Below, one piece after another: positions 19,711 through 29,884 of a stretch of 64,000 bases of DNA. The first letter of the stretch is position 1. Every line of letters begins with the position of its first letter. The position numbers were made by a program, and so were the translations under genes. The notes under the pieces are model-generated. The model was not told the origin of the DNA, did not search any database, and saw only the letters and a program-made list of their open reading frames with translations. This stretch comes from Candidatus Izemoplasmatales bacterium. GTDB taxonomy: Bacteria; Bacillota_I; Bacilli_A; Izemoplasmatales; Hujiaoplasmataceae. Location: NCBI GenBank assembly GCA_050177605.1, contig JBFXGX010000001.1, forward strand, positions 111,059-175,058, in the 5' to 3' direction.

Positions 19711-20577
19711 CTAGTATTTTTTCTTTATTTGCTTAATTTCTTCTCTTAATTTCAAGTAATTGTCATATCTTTCTTGCGGAACAGTATTATTTTTAACTGC
19801 TTCCTTGACTGCACAACCTGGTTCTTTTTCATGAAGACATCCATGATATTTACACTCACTTCCAAGTTCAAAGAAATCAGGAAAGGAATCTTTGAGTCCA
19901 ACTTCATCCATATCGATAAATTCAAGTTTAGAAAACCCTGGTGTATCCGCAATCAAACCATCACCAAAAGGAATTAATTCCACATGTCTTGTGGTATGTT
20001 TACCTCTTCCTAAAGCCAAACTGATTTCATCTGTGGCTAAATTGAGAGAAGGATCTATCGTGTTTAATAAACTACTTTTTCCTGCCCCTGTTTGTCCAGT
20101 CAGTACATTGACTTTATCTTTTATAACTTCAAGTATTTCATCCAGTCCTTCTTTTGTTTTAGTACTAAAGAAGATAACGCGAAAATATTTTTTGTAATAG
20201 GACAAATATTGTTCTAAGGAACTTCTTTCGAAATCGGTTAAAAGGTCAATCTTTGTGATGACAATAATCGGCTCGATGTGATTAAAAGTCACCAACGCAA
20301 GAAACTTATCAAGAAGGATAGAACTGAAGTCAGGTCGTTTACTCGAAGAGATCAGCAACGCTTGATCAATATTACAAATAGCGGGTCTGACAAGATCATT
20401 AAATCTTTCTTCAACATCCAAAATTGTCGTTTCATCAAATGACACAAAATCGCCAACTTTTGGACTAATTTTTTTGTATCTAAAAACACCAAGTGGCTTT
20501 AGTTCATATGTCTTGTTAGACTCGTCGCGCACTGTATAGATACCACCAATTAACTTAATTATTCGACCTTTCTTCAA
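19711..20577 (-). CDS. rsgA: Small-subunit-dependent GTPase RsgA/CpgA
   Basis: TKID, GQTGAGKSS, RGKHTT, DTPGF, C..C.H..EP.C. Confidence 0.96.
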   Translation of the reverse strand: MKKGRIIKLIGGIYTVRDESNKTYELKPLGVFRYKKISPKVGDFVSFDETTILDVEERFNDLVRPAICNIDQALLISSSKRPDFSSILLDKFLALVTFNHIEPIIVITKIDLLTDFERSSLEQYLSYYKKYFRVIFFSTKTKEGLDEILEVIKDKVNVLTGQTGAGKSSLLNTIDPSLNLATDEISLALGRGKHTTRHVELIPFGDGLIADTPGFSKLEFIDMDEVGLKDSFPDFFELGSECKYHGCLHEKEPGCAVKEAVKNNTVPQERYDNYLKLREEIKQIKKKY

Positions 20578-20662
20578 AAAAGAACCTCCTAAGGATAAGA
20601 TACTATTTATTATACTCGATAAACATAAAAAAAAGAAGACTTGCGTCTTCTAATTATCATGA

Positions 20663-21199
20663 TTATTTTTTGTAACGTGCAAAGTAAGATTGTGGATGTG
20701 CACACACTGGACAAACTTTTGGAGCTTTCTTGCCAACATGAATGTGTCCGCATTCTAAACAAATCCACATTTCAGATTCGTTATCTGATTCAAATACTTT
20801 ATTATCTTTTAAACTAGCTAATAAGCATAAGTATCTTTCTTCATGTCTTTTTTCAATAGCTGCTACAGCTTCAAAAAGATAAGCAATTTTATTAAAGCCT
20901 TCTTCTTTTGCAACTTGAGCGAATCCAGCATACATATCTGTCCATTCGTAATGTTCGCCTTCTGCACCATCAACTAAATTAAGCTCGGTTGTAGGAATTT
21001 CGCCACCATGTAATAACTTGAACCATAATTCTGCATGTTCTTTTTCATTTTGAGCAGTTTCTAAAAAGAAATTCGCAACTTCAACATATCCTTCTTTTTT
21101 CGCTACACTCGCATAAAATGTATACTTGTTTCTTGCTTGAGATTCTCCAGCAAATGCTGTTTTTAAGTTTTCTTCAGTTCTTGATCCTTTGAATTCCAT
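20663..21199 (-). CDS. rbr: Rubrerythrin
   Basis: [22 protein letters not shown]-terminal CLECG...CPVC rubredoxin domain. Confidence 0.95.
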   Translation of the reverse strand: MEFKGSRTEENLKTAFAGESQARNKYTFYASVAKKEGYVEVANFFLETAQNEKEHAELWFKLLHGGEIPTTELNLVDGAEGEHYEWTDMYAGFAQVAKEEGFNKIAYLFEAVAAIEKRHEERYLCLLASLKDNKVFESDNESEMWICLECGHIHVGKKAPKVCPVCAHPQSYFARYKK

Positions 21200-21271
21200 A
21201 ATGTCTCTCCTTTACGATTTTAATTATCAATATTCTAACATAACTATTTTAAAGATACAATATCTTTTAAA

Positions 21272-22411
21272 TTATTCTCCGAATGAGATTCCGATGTCTT
21301 TAGCTGCATTAACTAAGTCGCCATTTGGATTAACACGACGTGCACCACCACGACTTGTTTCTCCCATTTTTCCTCCGCCTACAACATCTTCAATAAAGAC
21401 GGTTGACATTTTATCGTTTCTAATCGTGACCATTTGCCCGAAATCACCACGAGCAATCATATCAACTGCAAATGATCCATATTTTGTACTTAATACACGG
21501 TCAAAGGTATTTGTAACACCACCACGTTGGATGTATCCTAAATTCGTTGAACGAATATCTTGTCCAGTTACTGGAGTGACTAATTTTGTTAATGAAGCAG
21601 CGATTAATTCGCCAACACCACCAAGGCGTACGGAATCTGCGCTTGTTTGGTCAATTAATTTAATGGTGACATCACCATCGATTGGTTTAGCTCCTTCACT
21701 CACACAAATGATTGAGAATTTCGAACCATGATTGTATCTGTCGATGACTTTTTGTGCAACTTTATGAATATCATAAGGCATTTCTGGGATTAAGATAACA
21801 TCTGCAGAGCCTGCGATGCCACCTTCAAGTGCTAACCATCCGGCATTTCTTCCCATAACTTCTAAAATCATAACACGGTCATGTGAAAAAGCGGTTGTAT
21901 GGAGTGCATCCAGTGCCAACATAATATGATCTAAAGCTGTACGATATCCGAAAGTAATATCGGTTGCTGGAACATCATTATCAATCGTTTTTGGAATACC
22001 AACAACATTGATCCCTTTTCTAGCGAAGTCACGTGCACTTGTAAGTGTACCGTCACCACCAATAATTACTAATGCATCGACGTTATGTTTCTTCAGATTT
22101 GCTATCGCAACATCTGACACATCGGAGTAAGTTACCGTTCCATCTTTATCTACTTGACGGAAGTTAAATAGATTATCTTTGTTGGAATTTTTAAGAATGG
22201 TTCCACCTTGATGGAAAATTCCTGATACAGTCGCTATTGACATATTAACATAATCATCTTTGTAAAGGCCGTGGTATCCTCCGATAAATCCAACGACTTC
22301 ATAATTATATTTAAGAATAGCAGTTCTAACGACCGCACGAATGACTGCATTTAATCCTGAACAGTCACCGCCCCCTGTAAGTAAAGCAATTTTTTTAATT
22401 TCTTTTTTCAT
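21272..22411 (-). CDS. pfkA: 6-phosphofructokinase, group III type
   Basis: TGGGD..GLN, IGGDGT, PKTIDND, EVMGRNAGW, LGYIQRGG. Confidence 0.92.
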   Translation of the reverse strand: MKKEIKKIALLTGGGDCSGLNAVIRAVVRTAILKYNYEVVGFIGGYHGLYKDDYVNMSIATVSGIFHQGGTILKNSNKDNLFNFRQVDKDGTVTYSDVSDVAIANLKKHNVDALVIIGGDGTLTSARDFARKGINVVGIPKTIDNDVPATDITFGYRTALDHIMLALDALHTTAFSHDRVMILEVMGRNAGWLALEGGIAGSADVILIPEMPYDIHKVAQKVIDRYNHGSKFSIICVSEGAKPIDGDVTIKLIDQTSADSVRLGGVGELIAASLTKLVTPVTGQDIRSTNLGYIQRGGVTNTFDRVLSTKYGSFAVDMIARGDFGQMVTIRNDKMSTVFIEDVVGGGKMGETSRGGARRVNPNGDLVNAAKDIGISFGE

Positions 22412-22490
22412 CTTTAATCATCCTTTCGAATTAAAAATCATTATATAGTTTATCATTTATAATGATACTAGTCAAATAAAATCAATTGTT

Positions 22491-23519
22491 TTATTTTTCT
22501 TCCTTTTTCATTCTTAATTGACCACATGCAGCGTCAATATCTGAACCTTGTTCTTTACGTAGAGTCGCAACAATACCTCGTTTTGTTAATCGATCGAAAA
22601 ATGCCATCGCTCTTCGCATATCGGTTTTTTGATGACTGAATTCATCCACAGTATTGTAAGGAATTAGATTGACATAAGCATTGAGTCCTCTAAGTAAATC
22701 GCTCAGTTGGTCCGCATGTTCAATCGAATCATTTTCATCCTTTAATAAGATGTATTCAAACGTTAATCTTCTTGAGGTTTCTTCAAAATAGACTTCACAA
22801 GCTTTGATGATATCTTTTAATGGATAACGTTTGTTAATTGGCATTAATTTGGTCCGAAGTTCATCATTTGGAGCATGCAGGCTAATCGCTAGATTTGAAC
22901 GTATCTCCTCTTTTGCGTACTCATATATTTTTGGCACAATTCCACAAGTAGATACGGTGATATGTCGCTGTCCAATTGCGAGTCCACTAGCATGATTTAC
23001 AATCTTAATGAAGTCCATAACATTGTAGTAATTATCAAAAGGTTCACCTGTGCCCATAACGACAATATGACTGATTTTGACTCCTAATAAATGCTCGACC
23101 GTAGTCACTTGTGTGACAAGTTCAAATTTTTCTAAATTTCTAGTTTTTTTCTTGAGACCAGAAGCGCAAAACGAGCATCCCATGTTGCATCCAACTTGAG
23201 AAGTAACACATAGACTTAGGCCATAATCATGCGTCATTAAAACTGTTTCAATCATAAAATGGTCGCTTAGTTCAAATAAAAATTTTGTTGTTCCATCCAT
23301 CGATGTCTGACGGAAATTTTCAACTAGTTGTGTAGTTTCAAAGTTTTCAGATAAATATTCTTTTAGCGGTTTGCTTAAATTGGACATTTGCGAAAAATCC
23401 AGTTGACGTTTTTGATAAATCCACTGAAATATTTGTGTTGCATTAAATTTTTTAAACCCTGCATGAAGAAGTGTTTCTTCAAGCATAGTTAAGGTAAAGT
23501 CAAAAAGATTTTTCTTCAT
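22491..23519 (-). CDS. rlmN: 23S rRNA/tRNA m2A methyltransferase RlmN
   Basis: CVTSQVGCNMGCSFC, MGTGEP, AISLHA, G.DIDAACGQL. Confidence 0.97.
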   Translation of the reverse strand: MKKNLFDFTLTMLEETLLHAGFKKFNATQIFQWIYQKRQLDFSQMSNLSKPLKEYLSENFETTQLVENFRQTSMDGTTKFLFELSDHFMIETVLMTHDYGLSLCVTSQVGCNMGCSFCASGLKKKTRNLEKFELVTQVTTVEHLLGVKISHIVVMGTGEPFDNYYNVMDFIKIVNHASGLAIGQRHITVSTCGIVPKIYEYAKEEIRSNLAISLHAPNDELRTKLMPINKRYPLKDIIKACEVYFEETSRRLTFEYILLKDENDSIEHADQLSDLLRGLNAYVNLIPYNTVDEFSHQKTDMRRAMAFFDRLTKRGIVATLRKEQGSDIDAACGQLRMKKEEK

Positions 23520-23526
23520 ATTTCCT

Positions 23527-24375
23527 CTATTCTTTTTCTTTTTTATTTTTAATAACCACTAAGGATAAAATGAAAAATACCACTGCTGTTCCTAGAAGAA
23601 CAAGTAAATGTATTGGTGTTGTCAAAATATGACCATTTGATTCAAATTCAACGCCCAAAAATAGTTTAAATTCGGACGGTACTTGATCTAGAGGCATAGA
23701 TTCATTCATCATTATTTGCCTTAAAAGAACTGCCGCGTGAGATGGTGGAAAGATTTTCACTACATTTTGTACGGAAGATGGTAATTGTCCAATCGGCAAG
23801 TAAACACCAGTCAAGAAACCTACAAACGTACCCATCGTAATCGAGATTGCCGACATCGCATTCGAACTCTTGATAAACATCATAAAGAAGAAAATCATCG
23901 AGCTACTTGATAGTACACTGAGGATAATTACTCCGAGGACTTTTAAAGCCGAAAGTAATGATAACATATTTCCATGCAATAAGATATAAAATTGTGCTAA
24001 AACAAACGTGAAAACGCTCATAATGACACCAATCGCCATTGCACTCAATAAATAGGACAAAATGAGAGAACTATTTTTTAAAGGAGAGGCATAAAAATCA
24101 CGAATCGTTTTCTTTTCTTGATCGGTAACCATCATACTATAAGCCCCAAGCGTCGTGGTAACAGAGGATGCAGTGATGACTCCGCCCATAATCCAAGTAT
24201 CAATTAAGAACCGAGCATCATCCCCAGCAAATGCAGAGGCAGATGATTCAATTAAATTACCAAGAAATAGTACATACAATAGAATAATTATCAATGCTCC
24301 AAGCATCGAGAAGAATACCGTAGCTCGGTCTCTAAAATAAGATTTTAAGTTTCTTTTGATAAGGGCTAATATCAT
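23527..24375 (-). CDS. ABC-2 type exporter permease
   Basis: About 6 TMs, 'YFRDR..VFFS', 'GF..G.Y.P...LP'; ATGA overlap with the ATPase. Confidence 0.88.
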   Translation of the reverse strand: MILALIKRNLKSYFRDRATVFFSMLGALIIILLYVLFLGNLIESSASAFAGDDARFLIDTWIMGGVITASSVTTTLGAYSMMVTDQEKKTIRDFYASPLKNSSLILSYLLSAMAIGVIMSVFTFVLAQFYILLHGNMLSLLSALKVLGVIILSVLSSSSMIFFFMMFIKSSNAMSAISITMGTFVGFLTGVYLPIGQLPSSVQNVVKIFPPSHAAVLLRQIMMNESMPLDQVPSEFKLFLGVEFESNGHILTTPIHLLVLLGTAVVFFILSLVVIKNKKEKE

Positions 24376-25283
24376 GATCTCATCTCCTCTCCAGTAATCG
24401 TAATGAACGCATCATCTAATGATCCGTTTAATACTTGGAAAGAAATAATTTCTCCTTCAAGTAGTTTTAACAGTGGATAGGCATCAAGCGTATCACTGAG
24501 TGGAATCAAGATGATATCATTTTTTACTTCATATTGTACTTGATCACCTAGAAGCTTAAGGACTTTATCTTGATCCTTAGGATTAATCTCAAGTCGGTCA
24601 TGAGAGAAAGTATTTTTAAGTTCTGACGGTGTTCCTTTGGCGACAATTTCACCATGATCAATGACAACAACTTCATCTGCTTCGTTGGCTTCTTCTAAAT
24701 AGTGCGTTGTCAAAAAGACGGTCATACCCGTGTTCTTTTGAAGGGATTGAATGGTTGACCAAACATTTTTTCTGGTTTGAGGATCAAGACCGGTCGTTGG
24801 TTCATCTAAAAATAGAATCTCTGGTTGATGAATCAAAGCTCTAGCAATATCTGCTCTTCGTTTTTGACCCCCAGATAATTTGCCAAATCGACGTTTCCTT
24901 ATTTCATATATATCAGCAATTTCAAGTGCTCTTTTGATTGATTCATTCAGTTCATCATCGTTCATTCCGTAAAGTTTTCCTCTGGTTTGAAGATTTTCTT
25001 CAATCGATAAACGATCATCAAGAACTGAGTTTTGAAATACAATTCCGATCTTTTGACGGATAATTGCATCATCTTTACCAACGTGATTCCCTAAGATATT
25101 AATTTCTCCCTGATCAAATGAAAGCAAGGAACAGACAACATTAATGGTCGTAGATTTTCCTGCACCATTCGGTCCAAGAAAAGCAAATAATGTCCCTTGT
25201 TTTACTTGAAAGCTAATTCCTTTAACGGCTTGAACTTGTTTATAATTTTTAGTTAAATTAAGCACTTCAATTGCATTTTTCAT
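24372..25283 (-). CDS. ABC exporter ATP-binding protein (DrrA-like)
   Basis: GPNGAGKST, LSGGQ, LFLDEPTTGLDP, LTTHY. Confidence 0.93.
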   Translation of the reverse strand: MKNAIEVLNLTKNYKQVQAVKGISFQVKQGTLFAFLGPNGAGKSTTINVVCSLLSFDQGEINILGNHVGKDDAIIRQKIGIVFQNSVLDDRLSIEENLQTRGKLYGMNDDELNESIKRALEIADIYEIRKRRFGKLSGGQKRRADIARALIHQPEILFLDEPTTGLDPQTRKNVWSTIQSLQKNTGMTVFLTTHYLEEANEADEVVVIDHGEIVAKGTPSELKNTFSHDRLEINPKDQDKVLKLLGDQVQYEVKNDIILIPLSDTLDAYPLLKLLEGEIISFQVLNGSLDDAFITITGEEMRS

Positions 25284-25355
25284 AGCTGTCCCCCATATTT
25301 CCTTAAATCCATTATATCACACGTGCCGAAGCAGAACGTTAGTAATTTTTTTGTA

Positions 25356-25400
25356 AAAAAATAAAACGCAACAATCTCCTACTTAAAGGAATTGTTGCGT
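25356..25400 (-). terminator. Terminator after pheT
   Basis: ACGCAACAAT...ATTGTTGCGT stem with U-tract on the minus strand. Confidence 0.7.
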
Positions 25401-25410
25401 CATAATTCAA

Positions 25411-27780
25411 TTATTGTCTTAAAGAAGCACTAAACTTCTTTTCAAGTGTTTTTAGAACCTTATCTACAGCTTGATCAACTTCTTCTGTCGATAGAGTTTT
25501 TTCACTATCTTGGAAGATAAGATTATAAGCTACGGACTTATACCCCGCCTCGACATTTCCACCTTTAAACAAATCAAAGAGTGTCACTTGAATCAATTTT
25601 TGAGGGTTTGTTTTCTTTATTTCTTTTGTGAGTTCATCCGCGCTGACTTCATCACTAACTACAAAGGCGATATCTCGACTTACACTAGGATATTTAGGAA
25701 CTGATTTCATTACGACTGATGATTTGCCATATTTCATTAATGACGCAAAATCCAGTTCAAAAACATAAATATTTTTTAGGTCATAGTTCGATTCCATCGC
25801 TGGATGAAGTTTCCCAATAAATCCAATAACGTCATTTCCGACGCATACTTCAGCGCTTTGACCAGGATGTAAAAACGAAGGTGTTTCCTTGAAAGGGAGA
25901 ATGCGATAACTGGATAGATTAAATAATTGTAATACCCCTTCAACCAAACCTTTTAAAGTAAAGAAATCAACCGTTTCTTTTTTCCCTTGCCATAGTGAAG
26001 TTTGATAATGACCAGTGAGTACACCAGATAAAACTTCTCTTTCAAAATCATAACTATAGACTCTACCAAGTTCGAATAGTTTGACTTCATCAACTTTTCT
26101 TGACTGATTGTAATATACAACATCCAGCATGGATGGTAGTAATGAATGTCTTAAACTACTTTTTTCTTCAGACATAGGATTTTGAAGATGAATGGTCGAA
26201 AGATCTTTTTGATCAAACAATACTGCTTTCTCTTTCGAAACGAGCGTATACGTCACCGTTTCATCTAATCCAACACTTGATAAATAGTTTCGAACCTTTC
26301 TTCTCATTTTTTGAAGTGTGGTTAATCCACCTTCTGTTGGCGTTTTTGGATACGTTGTAGGGATAAAATCATATCCATGAATACGAACGATTTCTTCAAT
26401 TAAATCTTGTGCAGTTTTAATATCTTGACGACGAGAAGGAATCTCTACTTCAAAGTTGTTACCCTCTTTTTTATAATCAAAAGAAAGAGAATCAAAGATT
26501 TTTTTAATGTCATCTACGGTGTAAGGTGCACCTGTAGTATGAATGATTTTTTCTAAACTAATGGATACAGTCACTTTATCATAATTATGCATATCAAAAT
26601 AAGATACACCTTTTAATGTCTTTCCACCCGCTAAAACTTCTAATAATGAAGCAGCGCGATCACAAGCAAGAATACTTCTTGCAGGATCAAGACCTCTTTC
26701 AAAACGCATCGAAGCTTCACTTCGCAAATCTAATCTTCTAGAAGTAAGTCGAATACGTCGTGAATCAAATGTCGCCGATTCAATCAAGATAGATGTTGTC
26801 GTAGGTTCAACCTCTGTACTATATCCTCCCATAACGCCTGCCAAAGCAATCGCTTTTTCACCATCTGTAATGACTAAATCATCTTTAACAAGATTTCTAA
26901 TCTTCCCATCAAGTGTTTGGATTGTTTCGTTCTCAATGGCATCACGAACAACAATACGATTGGTACAGATGCGATCATAATCAAAGAAATGTAGTGGTTG
27001 TCCATACTCTAACATCACATAGTTTGAAATATCCACAACATTGTTGATTGGTCTAATACCTGAAGCTATTAATCTAGCTTTTAGCCATGTTGGACTTTCG
27101 GTAATTTTTACATCTTTTACAACACGTGCGTAATAAGATTTACATCCCGCAGTTTCAGTAAATACGGACACTGTATTTTCTTCACTCACTTCATTAACTT
27201 TCACTTTAGGTAAATGTACCTCAGTATTTAAAATTGCTTTGGTATCATAGGCAACACCAATCATACTTAATAAATCACTACGATTCGGTGTAAGTTCTAA
27301 ATCCATTACATAATCTTCGAGTGACAGATATTCAAGTGGATTTCCTCCAGGCACTGCTTCATCACTTAACACATGGATACCATCTTCGTTATGATATTTC
27401 TTCTCTATACCTAATTCTTCTAAAGAACAAATCATTCCATTTGACTCTACACCACGAATTTTGGCTTTTTTAATTTTGAAATTACCTGGTAACAAGGCAC
27501 CATCAAGTGCCACGATTACTTTTTGATTCACTTCTACATTCGGCGCACCACAAATAATTTGTAATACATTGGCGCCTGTATTGACTTCACAAACATGTAA
27601 ATGATCACTGTCAGGATGATCGGTACATGTTAAAACGTGTCCAATCACTAAATTAGACGCATCAACTAATTTTTCTAAAGAAGCGACTTCTGCACTTTTT
27701 AAACTAAACGCTTTTTCTAGTTCTTGTGGTTGCACATTCACAGTCGCATATTCTTTTAACCATTCAATAGAAACTTTCAT
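25411..27780 (-). CDS. pheT: Phenylalanyl-tRNA synthetase beta subunit
   Basis: MKVSIEWL start (AGGAGG RBS), HPDSD.L, ICGAPNV, TPNR.D, RFERG, DLIEEI.RIHGY, YPSVSRD. Confidence 0.97.
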   Translation of the reverse strand: MKVSIEWLKEYATVNVQPQELEKAFSLKSAEVASLEKLVDASNLVIGHVLTCTDHPDSDHLHVCEVNTGANVLQIICGAPNVEVNQKVIVALDGALLPGNFKIKKAKIRGVESNGMICSLEELGIEKKYHNEDGIHVLSDEAVPGGNPLEYLSLEDYVMDLELTPNRSDLLSMIGVAYDTKAILNTEVHLPKVKVNEVSEENTVSVFTETAGCKSYYARVVKDVKITESPTWLKARLIASGIRPINNVVDISNYVMLEYGQPLHFFDYDRICTNRIVVRDAIENETIQTLDGKIRNLVKDDLVITDGEKAIALAGVMGGYSTEVEPTTTSILIESATFDSRRIRLTSRRLDLRSEASMRFERGLDPARSILACDRAASLLEVLAGGKTLKGVSYFDMHNYDKVTVSISLEKIIHTTGAPYTVDDIKKIFDSLSFDYKKEGNNFEVEIPSRRQDIKTAQDLIEEIVRIHGYDFIPTTYPKTPTEGGLTTLQKMRRKVRNYLSSVGLDETVTYTLVSKEKAVLFDQKDLSTIHLQNPMSEEKSSLRHSLLPSMLDVVYYNQSRKVDEVKLFELGRVYSYDFEREVLSGVLTGHYQTSLWQGKKETVDFFTLKGLVEGVLQLFNLSSYRILPFKETPSFLHPGQSAEVCVGNDVIGFIGKLHPAMESNYDLKNIYVFELDFASLMKYGKSSVVMKSVPKYPSVSRDIAFVVSDEVSADELTKEIKKTNPQKLIQVTLFDLFKGGNVEAGYKSVAYNLIFQDSEKTLSTEEVDQAVDKVLKTLEKKFSASLRQ

Positions 27781-27790
27781 ATTGTACCTC

Positions 27791-28825
27791 CTACTTGAAT
27801 TGGTGATTGAATCGTAAATCATTCGTGTAGAAAGCACGAATATCATCAATACCATGTCTTAAAATTGCAATACGTTCAACGCCCATACCAAATGCGAAAC
27901 CTTGATATTGTGTACTATCATATCCGGCCGCTTCTAGCACAGCGTTATTGACCATACCAGCACCAAGAATTTCAATCCAACCTGTGCCTTTGCACATTGA
28001 ACATCCAGCACCATTACACTTGTAACAACTTACATCTACTTCAACACTAGGCTCAGTAAATGGGAAATAAGAAGGACGTAAACGAATTTGACGTTCTTCA
28101 CCAAACATTTTTTTGGCAATTGCTAGGAGTGTACCTTTTAAATCCGCAAGGGTTGTGTCTTTATCCACCACAAGTCCTTCAATTTGCATGAATTGATGAC
28201 TATGTGTAGGATCATCATCATCACGACGATAGACTTTTCCAGGGCAAATAATCTTTAAAGGTCCATGATTTTCATTTTCTAGTAAACTACGTACTTGAAC
28301 CGGTGAAGTATGAGTACGGAGTAATAATTCTTCAGTGATATAAAAAGAATCTTGCATATCTCTTGCAGGATGTGATTTTGGAAGGTTCAACATTTCGAAG
28401 TTATACAAGTCTTGTTCAACTTCTGGACCCTCTTTCACAATATAGCCTAATGACACACAAATATCTTCGATTTCTTCAACAACTTGGGTTAAGATATGTT
28501 TACTGCCAGGATTCATTTCTTTTCCTGGTAAGGTAACATCGACAGCTTCTTGTTTTAAGAGAAGATTGATTTTTTCTTGTTCAAGTCTTGTTTTAGCAAC
28601 TTCAAAAATATCATTAATTTTTCCTTTTACTTCATTAATCATTTGACCAAATTTCGGTTTTTCCTCATTTGGTAAATCTTTCATTTTCATCATGTATTCA
28701 GATAAAACGCCTTTTTTTCCTAAATACTCTGCTTTACGATCTTGTAATTCTGCAGAAGTTGTGACTTGTTCAAAAAGATGTTTTGCCTGTTCAATGACTT
28801 TTTCTAAATCTTTAACTATTTCCAT
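27791..28825 (-). CDS. pheS: Phenylalanyl-tRNA synthetase alpha subunit
   Basis: [36 protein letters not shown]. Confidence 0.98.
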   Translation of the reverse strand: MEIVKDLEKVIEQAKHLFEQVTTSAELQDRKAEYLGKKGVLSEYMMKMKDLPNEEKPKFGQMINEVKGKINDIFEVAKTRLEQEKINLLLKQEAVDVTLPGKEMNPGSKHILTQVVEEIEDICVSLGYIVKEGPEVEQDLYNFEMLNLPKSHPARDMQDSFYITEELLLRTHTSPVQVRSLLENENHGPLKIICPGKVYRRDDDDPTHSHQFMQIEGLVVDKDTTLADLKGTLLAIAKKMFGEERQIRLRPSYFPFTEPSVEVDVSCYKCNGAGCSMCKGTGWIEILGAGMVNNAVLEAAGYDSTQYQGFAFGMGVERIAILRHGIDDIRAFYTNDLRFNHQFK

Positions 28826-28842
28826 ACTATTCTCCTTTCGAA

Positions 28843-29062
28843 AATAAAAAAATCGCCCTCATAGAAAGGGCGATTAACAGTAACCGTGGTACCACCTTTG
28901 TTCTAGAATATTCTAGCACTTGGGAGCCTTTAACGCTGGCAAGCGGAGAGGATTAGTCTCACTCCAAAGATGAATTCCTTAGGCTATTTTATCGATACTT
29001 TCACCAATTATATCGTTCTCTTTCTAAAATAAGTTCTAAGTACTAGTTCTTTATCATCGTAT
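28843..29062 (-). promoter_or_regulatory. T-box riboswitch (Phe) upstream of pheST
   Basis: AAAGGTGGTACCACGG T-box at about 28884-28899; terminator ATCGCCC..GGGCGAT plus U-run; specifier UUC at 28972-28974; TGnTATAAT at about 29071. Confidence 0.93.
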
Positions 29063-29106
29063 TTAAAGATATTATAGCATCTTCTATTTTATTTCACAAG
29101 AAAATG

Positions 29107-29805
29107 TTAACGTCTACGTCCTAAAATTGCAAGTAATCTTAATACTTCCAAATAGACCCAAACAATGGTAACCATTAAACCTAGTGAAAGAATCCAACTG
29201 TATTCATTGGATGTTCCTGCTTCAACACAACTATGAATGTTTTCAAAGTCATAAAACAAGAAGAGAACTGACAATATGGCTGAGAAGATTACAATAAAGT
29301 AAAAGAATGGTCCACTAAATGGCAGAACTAATGATAATAATGACATAATGATGACGGAGATCAGCCCAATCACTAAAAATGAAGCGAATCTACTTGTCAC
29401 TTTCACGATGCCAGTACTATATAAAAGCATTGTTACAAACAAGATAACGAGCGTTGTCGTAATCGCTGTAGGGATGATTCCTTCATAAAACGTTGCATAA
29501 GCTGCAGAAACTGCACCAAGAACATATCCCTCTGCAATCGCATATGTAATCGAAAATACTGGACTTAATTTAACGCTTAGCGTACCAACCCAAACGCTTA
29601 TAACTGCAATGATTAGTGCACCGATAAGATATCCTACGTTTAAAACCGAACCTAAATTTGCGTAAGTATATGTCCCAACTGCACCGGCTATTAATATTAA
29701 AATAGATGTACGAATTGCAACACTCGTGTAAGTGACTGCACTGTCAGATGCATAGGCGTTATTACGCACACTTCTAAATACTGGATTTGAACTTCCTATT
29801 CTCAT
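29107..29805 (-). CDS. Bax inhibitor-1/YccA family membrane protein
   Basis: SSNPVF N-terminus, about 7 TMs, 'YDF..I', 'W..SLGLMVTIVWVYLEVLRLL'. Confidence 0.88.
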   Translation of the reverse strand: MRIGSSNPVFRSVRNNAYASDSAVTYTSVAIRTSILILIAGAVGTYTYANLGSVLNVGYLIGALIIAVISVWVGTLSVKLSPVFSITYAIAEGYVLGAVSAAYATFYEGIIPTAITTTLVILFVTMLLYSTGIVKVTSRFASFLVIGLISVIIMSLLSLVLPFSGPFFYFIVIFSAILSVLFLFYDFENIHSCVEAGTSNEYSWILSLGLMVTIVWVYLEVLRLLAILGRRR

Positions 29806-29884
29806 AATTTAACCTCCTAAATAATATTTATTATACACCAATTATAGTCAAATTGAGTGTCAAAAATGTGATAAGTTTGTAAAA

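Noticed and set aside
21215..21235. Fur/PerR box upstream of rubrerythrin (TGATAATTAAAATCG)
   Set aside because: Only one half-site matches well; too weak in AT-rich DNA, though biologically plausible
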